A stretch of 63,210 bases of DNA, counting the filler, from Octopus bimaculoides (Eukaryota): NCBI RefSeq assembly GCF_001194135.2. It is 4 parts of 4 records of this genome, joined end to end, with 100 filler letters (N's around TTAATTAATTAA, not from the genome) between each part and the next. Parts side by side here need not be neighbours in the genome. Positions count along the whole stretch, not along the records: positions 1 to 21,694 come from NC_069003.1; positions 21,795 to 37,095 come from NC_068989.1; 2 more parts are not named here. One strand, 5' to 3'. This document shows positions 12,476 through 24,183 of the stretch, one piece after another. Numbering within the stretch: position 1 is the first letter of the stretch; each line of letters opens with the position of its first letter. The position numbers were made by a program, and so were the translations under genes. The notes under the pieces are model-generated. The model did not search any database, was not told where the DNA came from, and saw only the letters and a list, made by a program, of their open reading frames with translations.

Positions 12476-12532
12476 NNNNNNNNNNTATGTGTGTGTGTGT
12501 GTGTATGCATACATATATGCTAGACGCATACA

Positions 12533-12569
<37 letters not shown>

Positions 12570-13794
12570 ATGCATACATATATGCTAGATGCATATATAT
12601 ATATACATATATATATATATGTATATCTATCTATATATCTATCTATCTATCTATCTATATACGTGCGTATGTGCACCTGTGTGTGAATTTGCACTGAATG
12701 TTAGCCATGTTTTTATTACGGTTTCACACTTAATTGCTAGACAACCAGTGCGGTTGTCGTTTGTAATTCTCTCGGCTCATGAATCGTTTTCTCGTGATAA
12801 GTTGACGACGATAATTTCTTAATGACTTCTAACCTGAGATTATAAACGTACTAAGAATCACTAGAATACTACAATAAACTACAAATTTTAGTGTACAACT
12901 CAGTACTTAGCGCTGAACATTGGTGTAAGGTGGTAAGCAGTGACCACCGACCAGTATACTACCGACTCTTCATTCGTCACATATTGAAAAGTAGCTTGTG
13001 TCAAATAACGTAGTCTAACTATATATTGTGTGCTTCTGATTTTTGTTCTTTTTTTTTAATGATATCAACCGAATCCCCTTGACCAGTGTCATAGCTTGTT
13101 GAAACGATTGGTGTCTCTAATCACTGGGTATACTTTGGAGTAGTTTCTCATCTTCGCAAAGAACTGGCAAATAGCGAAACACCTTTTTGCAAGAGAGTCC
13201 TTTCATGCTTTGGGAGTTGTTTTGAATGAAAATATTGTATGTAACTGACAAAAATTGTAACAGAACTATTAAAATTGTTTTAAGCTAAAGTTTCTTTAAT
13301 TATCGTTTCCATAATACTGTGCCCCAGGAGGAAAACAAATCATGTATAAACAGTGGTATGAATTGAAATTATCTTAAGATAACATGAAATGAACGAAACT
13401 GGTTATTAAAACAAGCTCAGAAATATTATGGCTATGGAAATATTAAGCATGTAAAAAGAATATAACTGAGACAGGTGGGGAAATTTAGGTATCATATCTT
13501 GGAGCCCTATTCATGTGTCAAGAAAAGCAGAAGGCTGAAAAGATGTTAAAATTGCAGGGGCTGGCACAGAAATGCGACCCGGCATCCGACCTCAGAAAAA
13601 GAAAGATTGGTAAAAAAAAAAAAATTTAAAAAATAATACTTTGCTGTTTTCAATTCGATTTTCGTGCCTATTTTTACCATCGGTCATGAATATTAGTCAC
13701 GTAGGAATCCAGCAATGAAGTTACGTGACAGTTGCTTCTGATACGACCCTATGGGAGAGGCACTTTCGGACTCTACTCCGAGAATCCCCCACAA

Positions 13795-14215
13795 ATTTGT
13801 GTGGTATGTAGCTTGCTTACTAACCACATGGTTCAGAGTTCAGTCGCACTGCATAGCACCTTGGGCAAGCGTCTTCTTCTATAGCCTCCGGCCAACCAAA
13901 GCTTTGCGAGTGGATTTGGTTGACGGAAACTGAAAGAAGCCCGTCGTATATATATGTGTTTTGAAAATATATATGTGTGTGTGTGTGTATGAGTATATGC
14001 TTGTGTGTTTGTGTTTGTCCCCCCAACCCCAGCATCGGTTGTCAAGCGATGCTGGTGTTTACGTCCCCGTAACTTATCGGTTTGGCAAAAGAGACCGATA
14101 CAATAAGTACTAGGCTTACAAAAAATAAGTCCTGGGGGCGATTTGCTCGACTAAAGGCGGTGCCCCAGCATGGCCGCAGTCAAATGACTGAAACAAGTAA
14201 AAGAATAAAAGAATA
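13795..14215 (+). repeat. Bipartite SINE family B copy
   Basis: Collinear with 58155-58580, including the internal (TA)(TG) tract. Confidence 0.9.
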
Positions 14216-14335
14216 TAGTCACAGGGCCCTCAGTGCCCAACTGGTACTTATTTCATCGACCCTGAATGTAAATAGAAAACGTCAACCTCGGCGGAATTTG
14301 AACTCAGATCATACAGACGGACGAAATGCCACAAA
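14215..14335 (-). repeat. SINE family A partial copy
   Basis: Revcomp of core: CTGGTACTTATTTCATCGACCC...GCGGAATTTGAACTCAG. Confidence 0.75.
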
Positions 14336-14794
14336 GCAGTCAAGAATTTTTTTTTTAATTATACACAGCCATTATATATAAGACCAGAACATATTTTATA
14401 AGAATCAACAGCAAAATTTTCCATAAATCACATCCTGCTGTCGTATATAAGGAGAGAGACATTTGATAAGAACCGGTAGCGAAATCTTTCAATTATATCC
14501 TGCCGTCTCATAGAAAGACAAAACATATTTGTTAATTTAGTCTTTTCCCATACGGCAAAAAGGCAGAACGGATATGAGTGGAAAATCTTTGATCAAAGGT
14601 CTGTTTGTTTAAAGTTGACCTGGTCAAATGAACAACAACAATAGCAAATATTATTAAAACATAATTAAATTTTTAGTAACAAAAGATAAATTAATAAGAG
14701 AAGAAATAATTACAAGTTAATAGAGACATTGGAAAATAAATCAAGTTTGTTTGATTAATGAAGACAGAGAGTTATCAATATATTTTACAGTTAA

Positions 14795-14978
14795 GGCGGT
14801 GAGCAGGGAGAAACATATGCACGCCAGACGAAATGCTAAGCGGTATTTCGTCTGTCTTAACGTTCTGAGTTCAAATTCCGTTGCCTTTCATCCTTTCGGT
14901 GTTGATAAAATACCAGTTGCATACTGGGGCCGATCTGATCGACTGGCACCCTCCCCCAAAATTTCGGGCCTTGTACCT

Positions 14979-14980
<2 letters not shown>
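14795..14980 (+). repeat. SINE family A copy
   Basis: AAGGCGGTGAGC head, B box, core and CCCCAAAATTTCGGGCCTTGT tail. Confidence 0.85.
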
Positions 14981-15025
<45 letters not shown>

Positions 15026-15101
15026 GAGGGTAGAAATTGATATTAATCAATTAAAACCAGTGGTCTAGCATATTAAAAAAATCCGAAGATCAAAATTATA
15101 T

Positions 15102-15325
15102 TACATACAAAAATAAGAGGAATGACCAGCAAATGTGCACTCCTATATGCTAGAAATCGATGCCGAATACTATAACCACGAAAAAAATATGTTCTCAGTA
15201 AAAAATTTTGTGTCTGTTGTGTCGCTAAATTTTTTACTGAGAACATATTTTTTTCGTGGTTAGATAATTCGGCATCTATTTCTAGCATATAGGAGTCCAC
15301 ATTTGCTGGTCATTCCTCTTATTTT

Positions 15326-15330
<5 letters not shown>
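15102..15330. repeat. Foldback palindrome with arms of about 105 bp and a loop of about 16 nt
   Basis: The left arm AATAAGAGGAATGACCAGCAAATGTG...CTCAGTAAAAAATTT is mirrored with few mismatches by 15226-15330. Confidence 0.9.
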
Positions 15331-15358
<28 letters not shown>

Positions 15359-15629
15359 NNNNNNNNNNNNNNNNNNNNNNNNNNNNNNNNNNNNNNNNNN
15401 NNNNNNNNNNNNNNNNNNNNNNNNNNNNNNNNNNNNNNNNNNNNNNNNNNNNNNNNNNNNNNNNNNNNNNNNNNNNNNNNNNNNNNNNNNNNNNNNNNNN
15501 NNNNNNNNNNNNNNNNNNNNNNNNNNNNNNNNNNNNNNNNNNNNNNNNNNNNNNNNNNNNNNNNNNNNNNNNNNNNNNNNNNNNNNNNNNNNNNNNNNNN
15601 NNNNNNNNNNNNNNNNNNNNNNNNNTATA

Positions 15630-15800
15630 CAAATAATAACAACAGACGAGGACAGGTGGTGTAAATAACAAAAGTATATATTAGTATGACGCTCGGGAAT
15701 ACGGAAAGTCTTTGACGTTTCGAGCTACGCTCTTCAACAGAAAGAATACGGAGACAAGGAGAAAAACACGGAGAAAAAAAATTGAATAGTGTTCAGTCAA
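15630..15800 (-). mobile_element. PLE terminal (pLTR-like) fragment carrying the hammerhead
   Basis: Sequence after the motif (AAAGACTTTCCGTATTCCCGAGCGTCATACTAATA...TTGTTATTTACACC) is clearly homologous to the 5' end of the PLE at 45420-45497. Confidence 0.7.
15709..15745 (-). ncRNA. Minimal type I hammerhead-like motif (CUGUUGA core variant) in a PLE terminal fragment
   Basis: Minus strand reads UCUUU-CUGUUGA-A-GAGC-GUA-GCUC-GAAA-CG-UC^AAAGA: 5-bp stem I, 4-bp stem II, palindromic ACGU stem III, GUC triplet. Confidence 0.7.
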
Positions 15801-15831
15801 CGGTCAATCATATACATACATACATACACAT

Positions 15832-15990
15832 ATACGACGGGCTTCTTTCAGTTTCGGTCTACCAAATACACTCACAAGGCTTCGGTTGGCCCGAAGCTAT
15901 AGTAGAAGACACTTGCCCAAGGTGCCACGCAGTGGAACTGAACCCGGAACCATGTGGTTGGTAGGCAAGCTACTTACCACACAGCCACTC
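15832..15990 (-). repeat. SINE family B first half
   Basis: GACGGGCTTCTTTCAGTTTC...GACACTTGCCCAAGGTGCC...ACCACACAGCCACTCC. Confidence 0.88.
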
Positions 15991-16884
15991 CTATGGAAAT
16001 TTAATATTTGTTTCACCTTTCACACCTCTTGTAGTTATGCCTTATTAATTCTGTCTGTGCATGGGTGTGTGTGTGTGTGTGTGTGTGTGTGTATTTAGTC
16101 TTGTTGTTATTAGGCCCACGACGACCTTGTCTTTCAAGCACTTCGTTTGAGTATCGAACAGACAGGTTTTCCTACTTCATCTTTGCAGCTATTCAAAAAG
16201 ATAATTTAACTCTCTTTCCCGGTATGCCGAGATATAGAAGCATAAAGGTCGCTTACTGAATTATAAATTAAATTATACCAAGCACAACGTATTTGCATAA
16301 CAGTACAAAATTAACTGCTCAGCAATGATTACTAGACTAGAAAGCAATACAGCGTGGTGTCTTATGAATAAATTAAGCCCTTGGAAGTCTAATTTCCCAA
16401 CGAGACAACATACTTATTGATATGACTCTGTATATATTTATTTATTCATAAACCACACTGTGTATAGCTATTTTAGTAATGAAGACATATGTTCGGAGAG
16501 ATACGCTGCTTTGTTTTCGCTTATTATCTCCTTGCTTTAATATTAGGTCAAATAAGCCCTCTAATTGTGTCACGGAACGGTGAAGAGTGCACGCCGAATA
16601 TTATCTTAATGGTCTGGCACGGTAAGATTCTTCATGTTATTGGGTTACTTTCAATGATTAGCATATGATGAGTTATATTGATTCTTTTTTTCACGATTGG
16701 CACGATGATTAATCAATTGTCCGTTTGAATTGTCTCCTCTGTGTAAGTGTATGCGCGTATGTGTGTATGTGTGCGTGTGTCTGATACTTAGCTGTATTCA
16801 CACCGGAAGGATTTCGACAATGAAGGTCTAAACGAAATTAAATACTTTTAAGCCTCTTATACATAACACATTACCTATTTTTAT

Positions 16885-17120
16885 AGTTATCATGGCTATT
16901 ATTATTATTATTATTATTATCATCATCATTACTATTATTATTTTATTCATTATTATTATTATCATAATTATTATTATTTTTATTATTATCATAATTATTA
17001 TTATTTTTATCATCATCATTATTATTATTATTTTTATCATCATCATTATTATTATTATTTTTATCATCATCATTATTATTATTATTTTTATCATCATCAT
17101 TATTATTATTATCATTATTA
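16885..17120. repeat. Compound (ATT)/(ATC) microsatellite with a 24-bp higher-order unit
   Basis: Unit ATTATTATTATTTTTATCATCATC repeated about 7 times with variants, seen as DDDKNNNN repeats in the ORF track. Confidence 0.9.
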
Positions 17121-17300
17121 AGTAAGAGACCAATGCCTGCCATTAAAGTGACACTGGAGTACAAATATACGAAGCCCAATATACCCATCATGACAACCCG
17201 CCTGATAAGGGTACACCAGGCACATGCATCACAACCATATGTGCGCGACATGGTGATGTCATATCAAAATAAACAGCGCATGACCTTGCATGTAGGGCCC
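17120..17300 (-). repeat. Retroposon 3' end with an (AAT)n tail; second copy at 43111-43275
   Basis: Two collinear copies (AAGT.AGA...AAATATACGAAG...CTGATAAGGGTACA...GTGCGCGACATGGTGAT), each adjoining an (ATT)n tract. Confidence 0.7.
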
Positions 17301-17475
17301 AGTTAGCGGTATTTCGCCCAATGCTACGTTCTGAGTTGAAATTTCGCCGAGGTCGACTTTGCCTTTCATCCTTTCGGAGTAGATAAACCAAGTACCAGTT
17401 GCGTACTGGAGTCGATCTAACCGACTGCCCCGCCTCCTCCCAAAATTCGGGCACTGTGGCTAGAGTACAAGAGAA
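17300..17475 (+). repeat. Headless SINE family A copy
   Basis: TTAGCGGTATTTCG...GCCTTTCATCCTTTCGGAG..GATAAA..AAGTACCAG. Confidence 0.85.
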
Positions 17476-17834
17476 CATGTTCCATCTCGTGCCTTGTAAA
17501 TTTTCCTATGTATATTAAATAAATAGCAGGGTGTAATTCGAAGGAAATTTGGTTGTTATTTTTAGCAGATAAAGCAGATAAAGTGTAGATACCTATCTGG
17601 TTCGTTCGACAGAGTTAAAATTGTTACCGTGGGTACAAACTTTCTTTTGGTAGGAGCGGAGCGGGTGAAGTCGATAACACAAAAATAATATTCTAAATAT
17701 AAATAAATATATTTATAATTATAAAGAAGTCTCTGGATAGATGAAACCACGAGAGATGGGAAATTTGATCTCAACGACAATAACTAGTACTATGTACTTT
17801 CAATGTTATATGGGTTTAGAGTATGTGGAATATG

Positions 17835-18220
17835 TGGAGGCGCAATGGCCCAGTGGTTAGGGCAACGGACACGCGGTCGTAGGATCGCAGTTTCGATTAC
17901 CAGACCGGGCGTTGTGAGTGCTTATTGAGCGAAAACTCCTAAAAGGCTTCACGAGCTTCCGGCAGGGGATGGTGGCGAATCTTGCTGTATTCATTCACCA
18001 CAACTTTGTCTCACTCTTTCTTCCTGTTTCTGTTGTACCTGTAATTCAAAGGGCCAGCCTTGTCACACTGTGTCACGCTGAATCTCCCCAACAACTACGT
18101 TAAGGGCACACATCACATGTCTGTGGAATGCTCAGCCACTTGCACGTTAATTTCAGAAGCAGGCTGTTCAGTTGACCGGATCAACTGGGACTCTCGTCGT
18201 CACAACCGACGGAGTGCCAC
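17835..18220 (+). repeat. SINE family C, full length
   Basis: TGGAGGCGCAATGGCCCAGTGGTTAGGG head and the same body as 1715-2104. Confidence 0.92.
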
Positions 18221-18264
18221 GATGTGTAATATACTGATTTGCATTTATCCTCTCATTAATGGGT

Positions 18265-19175
18265 GCTAATGAGTTCGAATTCCACCGGGGTCAACTTTGG
18301 CTTTCATCACTTCCAGATCGATAAAACAAGTACTTTGTTGAGTAGTGAGGTCGATGAAATTGTCTTCCTCTCCCCTGAAATTTGCTGGCTTAGTACCAAA
18401 ATAATAAAGAATATTAATAGTAGGAAGTAAGAAAAAAAATATGGAACCCAACTGAATACCTTGTAGTGTCTTGTTACGTTAATTACGCCTCTCTAGTCTG
18501 CGTTCTCTGTTAAAATCCCAGCGAGACGACTGAAATGCTGGGCTGCCAGAGAAAGTCGTTCGTTTCTTTCCAATGTTATTTGAATTAACACGAAAAATAA
18601 TCTTATCATACTGTTTTAGGTCTTCTTTTTGGCAGTAATGGTGGAGGTCTATTTTTCTTCTTCAGCTTTTATTTATTGTTTTCGAAATTTGAATAATTCT
18701 ACCTGTATTCTGACACATGGTGGATCAGCAGGTAAAAATTAAATTTTGATTTTAAAATTTTGGCACAAGGCCAGCAAGTTCAAGAGAGAGGTTAAGTTGA
18801 TTACATCAACCGTAGTGCTCGAAATGATGACAGGCATGATCGATCCCTCTCCACTAGATTTGAACTCAGAGCATAACAACGGAAGAAATGCTGCTTAACC
18901 TTTCGCCTGGTGTGCTAACGATTCTGCCAGCTCACCGCATTCAGGTAGAAAATAGATATTAATTTCAAATCTTGGAGGAGGCCAGCTGTTTCGAGGAAAA
19001 GGTAAGGTGGATTACATCGACCCCAGTGCTCAACTGGTACATGTTTTATCGACCTCGAAAGGATAAAAGACAATGTCGACCTCAGCAGAATTTGAACCCA
19101 GAACGTAAAAACGGACGAAACGACGCAAAGCATTTTTCACGGCAAGCTAATAATTTTGCCAACCCGCCCCAATAA
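18265..19175. repeat. Cluster of three degenerate SINE family A copies (18265-18415 +, 18760-18945 -, 18965-19175 -)
   Basis: Recognisable B box, core and tail motifs in each. Confidence 0.75.
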
Positions 19176-19320
19176 AACCAATATATATATATATCAGTTT
19201 CAAATTTTATCATAGTATTTAATGAGTTTTTATTGTAGCTCTGTTCTATAACTTTTGTTTATAGTTGTTTTTTTTAAATTTGAATGAATTAAATTCGAAT
19301 GCCTTTTCAGACATATGATG

Positions 19321-19967
19321 ATGGAATGCCAAGTAGAAAAACATGAATATTAACGACAGCCACTTCTCTTCGCTGCCACTCAAGATTCCAATGCTACCAA
19401 GGCCTTTGTACTGTGTACAGAGGAGACGCTATCAGTGAAAGAACTGTTCAGAAGTGGTTTTCACGCTTCAAAAAAACAAATGAAATTCGACCTCACAGAG
19501 TCTCCGCATTCCGGCCGGGCTTTTCATTTCAATGAGAATCACTTGATTGAATTCATCTACAGTTGATCTTCCCCAGCCTACTGGGGAATTGGTCCAGTAT
19601 AAGGGATACCCTCATGATACCGTCGCCTGTCACTCTCACTCGATGGGCTTTCCAGATGAAACGATCTAACCGGCGACATTGCGCGCTTCTTCAACACGAC
19701 ACTGATCACCATAACGTCGCCAATTTGACCCAAACTTTTGAGACGTTCTACCGCAACTAACATATTGTCTTGATGTAGCGCCTTCAGAGGATTACATTCT
19801 TCGGTTGCTGTTCTACAGTCTGCAAGACATTCCGTTCCACAACGATGTGGAACTGAAAATGCCCCACGATAAATTCATCGAGTCAAGATTAGATGACATC
19901 TCCATTCAAGGTATTGTCAAGCTTGTGGACAGTTGGCAAAAAGTAGTGAAGAGAAATATATACTGAT
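19321..19967 (+). mobile_element. Internally deleted mariner transposase relic
   Basis: N-terminal HTH: MECQVEKHE...ISERTVQKWFSRFK...DLTESPHSGR. C-terminal: LLQHDT..HNVANLT, DVAPSEDY (PDLAPSDY-like), FIESR..GIVKLVDSWQKVV. Central catalytic region largely missing. Confidence 0.85.
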
Positions 19968-20165
19968 TTCAAATTATGGCACAAGACCAGCAATTTCGGG
20001 GAGGTGGTAAGTCGATTACATCGACCCCAAGACTTATTCTTTGCAAGCTTTCTACGTATTTTATCGGTCAGTTTTGCCGAACTACTAAGTTCTGGATACG
20101 TAAACACACCGACAACGGTTGTCAAGCAATGTTAAGGGAACAAACAGACACACAAATCCATCCAT

Positions 20166-20210
<45 letters not shown>

Positions 20211-20896
20211 NNNNNNNNNNNNNNNNNNNNNNNNNNNNNNNNNNNNNNNNNNNNNNNNNNNNNNNNNNNNNNNNNNNNNNNNNNNNNNNNNNNNNNNNNN
20301 NNNNNNNNNNNNNNNNNNNNNNNNNNNNNNNNNNNNNNNNNNNNNNNNNNNNNNNNNNNNNNNNNNNNNNNNNNNNNNNNNNNNNNNNNNNNNNNNNNNN
20401 NNNNNNNNNNNNNNNNNNNNNNNNNNNNNNNNNNNNNNNNNNNNNNNNNNNNNNNNNNNNNNNNNNNNNNNNNNNNNNNNNNNNNNNNNNNNNNNNNNNN
20501 NNNNNNNNNNNNNNNNNNNNNNNNNNNNNNNNNNNNNNNNNNNNNNNNNNNNNNNNNNNNNNNNNNNNNNNNNNNNNNNNNNNNNNNNNNNNNNNNNNNN
20601 NNNNNNNNNNNNNNNNNNNNNNNNNNNNNNNNNNNNNNNNNNNNNNNNNNNNNNNNNNNNNNNNNNNNNNNNNNNNNNNNNNNNNNNNNNNNNNNNNNNN
20701 NNNNNNNNNNNNNNNNNNNNNNNNNNNNNNNNNNNNNNNNNNNNNNNNNNNNNNNNNNNNNNNNNNNNNNNNNNNNNNNNNNNNNNNNNNNNNNNNNNNN
20801 NNNNNNNNNNNNNNNNNNNNNNNNNNNNNNNNNNNNNNNNNNNNNNNNNNNNNNNNNNNNNNNNNNNNNNNNNNNNNNNNNNNNNNNNNNNNNNNN

Positions 20897-20961
<65 letters not shown>

Positions 20962-21658
20962 CATATATATATATAGATAGATAGATACATACATACATAA
21001 TCTTACACGTAAGAAATGAAGACTTTCAGAAGAACAGACTTTCAATTAATATCATTATAGAACATTTTATTCCGATGTTTCGTGGGAAAATTTCTCATCA
21101 ATTTATTTATTGAGCATCGTCCGTTAATTATTATCGACAGCTGATGGATAAATCGCAATGTCAGACTTCAAGAATATATCAACTCATAGCGATTAAGATG
21201 GCCGCTTTGGGTATCAGAACTATCCGACGCATTTGAGTCACGTGGGTGTGTCAGTTATGTTCTCATCGTATTGTTGCGTAGCCACATGACGGCTCCGTCA
21301 GATCTAAACTGTGACTAAGTGGACATGGGTTTAATGACGTCCTAGGCATGACCATCTCGGAGACTCTGCTTGTCTTTTACTGTTCTACTCGTTTAATTCT
21401 ACCCGTCGTTGTACTGTGGCCAAGCTGGAAGTCGACACCGTCAATCAAATCCACCTCGCTACTTATTGTTTTCTTTTTTGAAAACTGGTACCTGTTCGGT
21501 CATACCATTTTGTTGCTCTAATATGATGCGGGGATATAAACAAACCAACACCCAGATCTCAAGCTGTGAGAGAGCCAAATAGAAATACAAAACGCACTGA
21601 AACACACACATGCGCGCGCATACACACATGTATATCTTCCTTCTCTCTCTCTCTCTCA

Positions 21659-21694
<36 letters not shown>

Positions 21695-21794
21695 NNNNNN
21701 NNNNNNNNNNNNNNNNNNNNNNNNNNNNNNNNNNNNNNTTAATTAATTAANNNNNNNNNNNNNNNNNNNNNNNNNNNNNNNNNNNNNNNNNNNN
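21695..21794. other. Artificial gap spacer: 44 N + TTAATTAATTAA + 44 N
   Basis: Identical construct at 37096-37195 and 57386-57485. The 12-mer places stops in all six frames. Confidence 0.95.
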
Positions 21795-22109
21795 ATATAT
21801 ATATATATATATATATATATATAACTTTAAACACTGTAATAGCAGAGTGGGCTATATTAGAGAAAATGAGAAGAATGCCAGAGTATTAGTATGAGAGAAA
21901 TGAGGTAGCATAGGAAAAATGACTGATGTCAAAGAAGCGGTGAATATAGTTGTGTAAATAACAAATACGGATTGGTTTTGAGATGATGACATTGATACAG
22001 CTTTCATTCAGGAATACACACGCCCGCGCTTTCAATCATTCAACAAAGGCAAGTCGCAGCAGTCAGACGACGATAACTAATGAAAATTGTGTTTGTGTGT
22101 GTGTATATT

Positions 22110-23960
22110 ATTATTCAGTTTTATTTCAAGATTTCTTGCCAATAGAGAAAGAGTCGATTTCTAACCTAGATCCAAGGGTCCTTCACTGGAAGTTCAACAT
22201 CAACATCAGTCTATTTTTTTTGTATGTCATTATTCAGTTTATTTTAAGATTTCTTGCCAATAATGAAAGTGCCGGTTTCTAACCTAGATCCAAATTTCCT
22301 TCAGGGTATGTATGTATGTATGTATGTATGTATGTGCAGATGTATGTCTTATGTATGTATTCTCAGGCACATAGTTACATATCCAGACATGCTTATATAT
22401 ATTTAAATGATAAATTTCTGGAAAGGTTTACAGATTTTTACAGTTCCAGTGATGGATTGGACCTGTAGTCTTCGAATTAGCTTTCTCCTTTCTAGTTTTG
22501 AGAAGCCTAGTTTCTCAAGATTGTTATTTAGGCAGTGTGTTACATATCCCAGGGCTCCAATAATCACAGGTATAAACCTGAACTTGTAATTTGGATAGAG
22601 TAACTGCAGATTTCTCAATAGTTCAGCATAGGTTTTCTCTTCTTCACTCATCTTCATTTTTATGTTAACATCCTAATTTCCAAAACTGTGCACAGTTTCT
22701 CTTCTCTATCCTGGATCACTATATCAGATCTGTTGCCCTTACATTTTACTAAAGTCTTCACTGGGACGAACATTCTACCAGTAATTCTTTTGATCATGAA
22801 TATCTATGGCTTCTATCATATTGTGGGTTTACCCTTCCAACGGATTTCATTATAGCGTGTCCTAGCAACAGCAACATGTCTGTCGGTAGATAATACCGTG
22901 AAGGCATTTTCGGACAACTGCTTATGATATAGGTGATATCTCCAGTGTCAATTCCACAAAGTCTGCATCGGTTGTCACATCTTATGACTTTTCCTGCATC
23001 TGTATCCTTTTTTGTTTGATATTTCCAGATCCTGGATTGCATACGCATACCCTTCAAAGTGGGAGGTAGTAATTCGGCTAGTGGTCCATGATAAATTGCT
23101 TTGATGATCGATGATCATACAGCTTTCTACTAACATTTCCATGCATAGTCTTCTGCTCATATAGGCTCATCCTTTATCCTTTCATCTGCTGATAGGTTGC
23201 GATAGAGTCGAGTGACTTTTTTGGGTATGATTTCTAGGTTATTAGACAAAGAGTGTTGCTCAAGGAGTTGCCTTCCAAGTCTTATGATGTTATCAGCCTC
23301 ATGTATGCAAACTTGGTCAAGGGATGCATTTCGACATTTAGTGGTTAAAAGATGTTGCTGAAGGTATATGATGCGACATTCAAATGCATTTTGGATCGAT
23401 GTTGAGCCTCTGCCGCCTGGTTTTCGTTTTAGGTAGAGGCGGTCAACATCACTGTTTATGTGGAGATTATGTTTGTTAGTATTTTTCGAGTTTTCACATC
23501 AATAGCTTGGATCTCATCAAGCGTCCAATCAAGCAACCCTAATGTTGGTATGAGTACTGGCACTGCAAAAACATTGTGAGTCACTGATTTTTTATTGAAC
23601 ACAGAGAATTCTGAGGTCCAAATTTTCATTATTCGGCTGTAATATGCTATAGTGACACGTGCATACAGGTATCATAGTAAGATATGTTTTCAATCACCTC
23701 TAGATACCTGTAAGATTCGTCACCAGATATAAAGGAAACAGTCAAGTCATTGACGGAGATGTTGCTTCTTTGGTTTATAGTTTTTACTCTTTTCACAACC
23801 ACATAACTTTTATCTTGACCGATTTCCAGCATAACATCCTTTGAAAATGCTCTAAGTCAAGGCTGTTTTTCATCTCGTACATATTCTTTGCGTAAATTTT
23901 CAAGTCAGCTGCAAAGAAACAGTTCGTAATTTTGGTATCTCTGTTTCCTTGTGAACCAGC
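22110..23960 (-). mobile_element. R4/Dong-type RLE non-LTR retrotransposon, 5'-truncated and degenerate
   Basis: RT end FFAADLKIYAK (YxDD-like), ESYRYLEV, NVFAVPVLIPTLGLLDWT, RKPGGRG, zinc knuckle CRLCGIDTGDITYIISSC, and restriction-like endonuclease end EEEKTYAEL...FIPVIIGALG. 3' UTR with (CATA)n. Confidence 0.88.
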
Positions 23961-24183
23961 GAAGTATCCTTCAGACTTCCTTAATATAAATGAAAAGGGG
24001 TTTACATAATAAACAACATCACAGGAATGCTGTCCGCTTGGAATGCGCTTTTGCATATACAATTTCACACGCACGCGCGCACACACACACACAGAAATAC
24101 ACTCTCACATACAGACACATACACACACATACACACACATACACACATACACACACTCACACACACAATCACATACATATAAT

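Noticed and set aside
12850-13750. Possible piggyBac-like relic (VIRDTNRFNKL*HWS; GTCACGTA...TTACGTGAC)
   Set aside because: The similarity is too weak, and no TTAA-flanked TIR pair was found.
18620-18731. AG/GT-bounded open segment VFFLAVMVEVYFSS...THGGSA on the plus strand
   Set aside because: No recognisable homology and no linked exons. Such segments are expected by chance in 63 kb.
696-19175. Recurrent short ORFs such as MRNWYLIYRPRKDERQSRP and LRRLRRRGFQLIR
   Set aside because: They recur because they are readings of SINE families A and C, not a protein family.
22150-22307. CTGAAGG/GTGAAGGA...GAAACCGG in the LINE 3' end as a hammerhead
   Set aside because: The core, stem I and cleavage triplet are not all satisfied in either copy.
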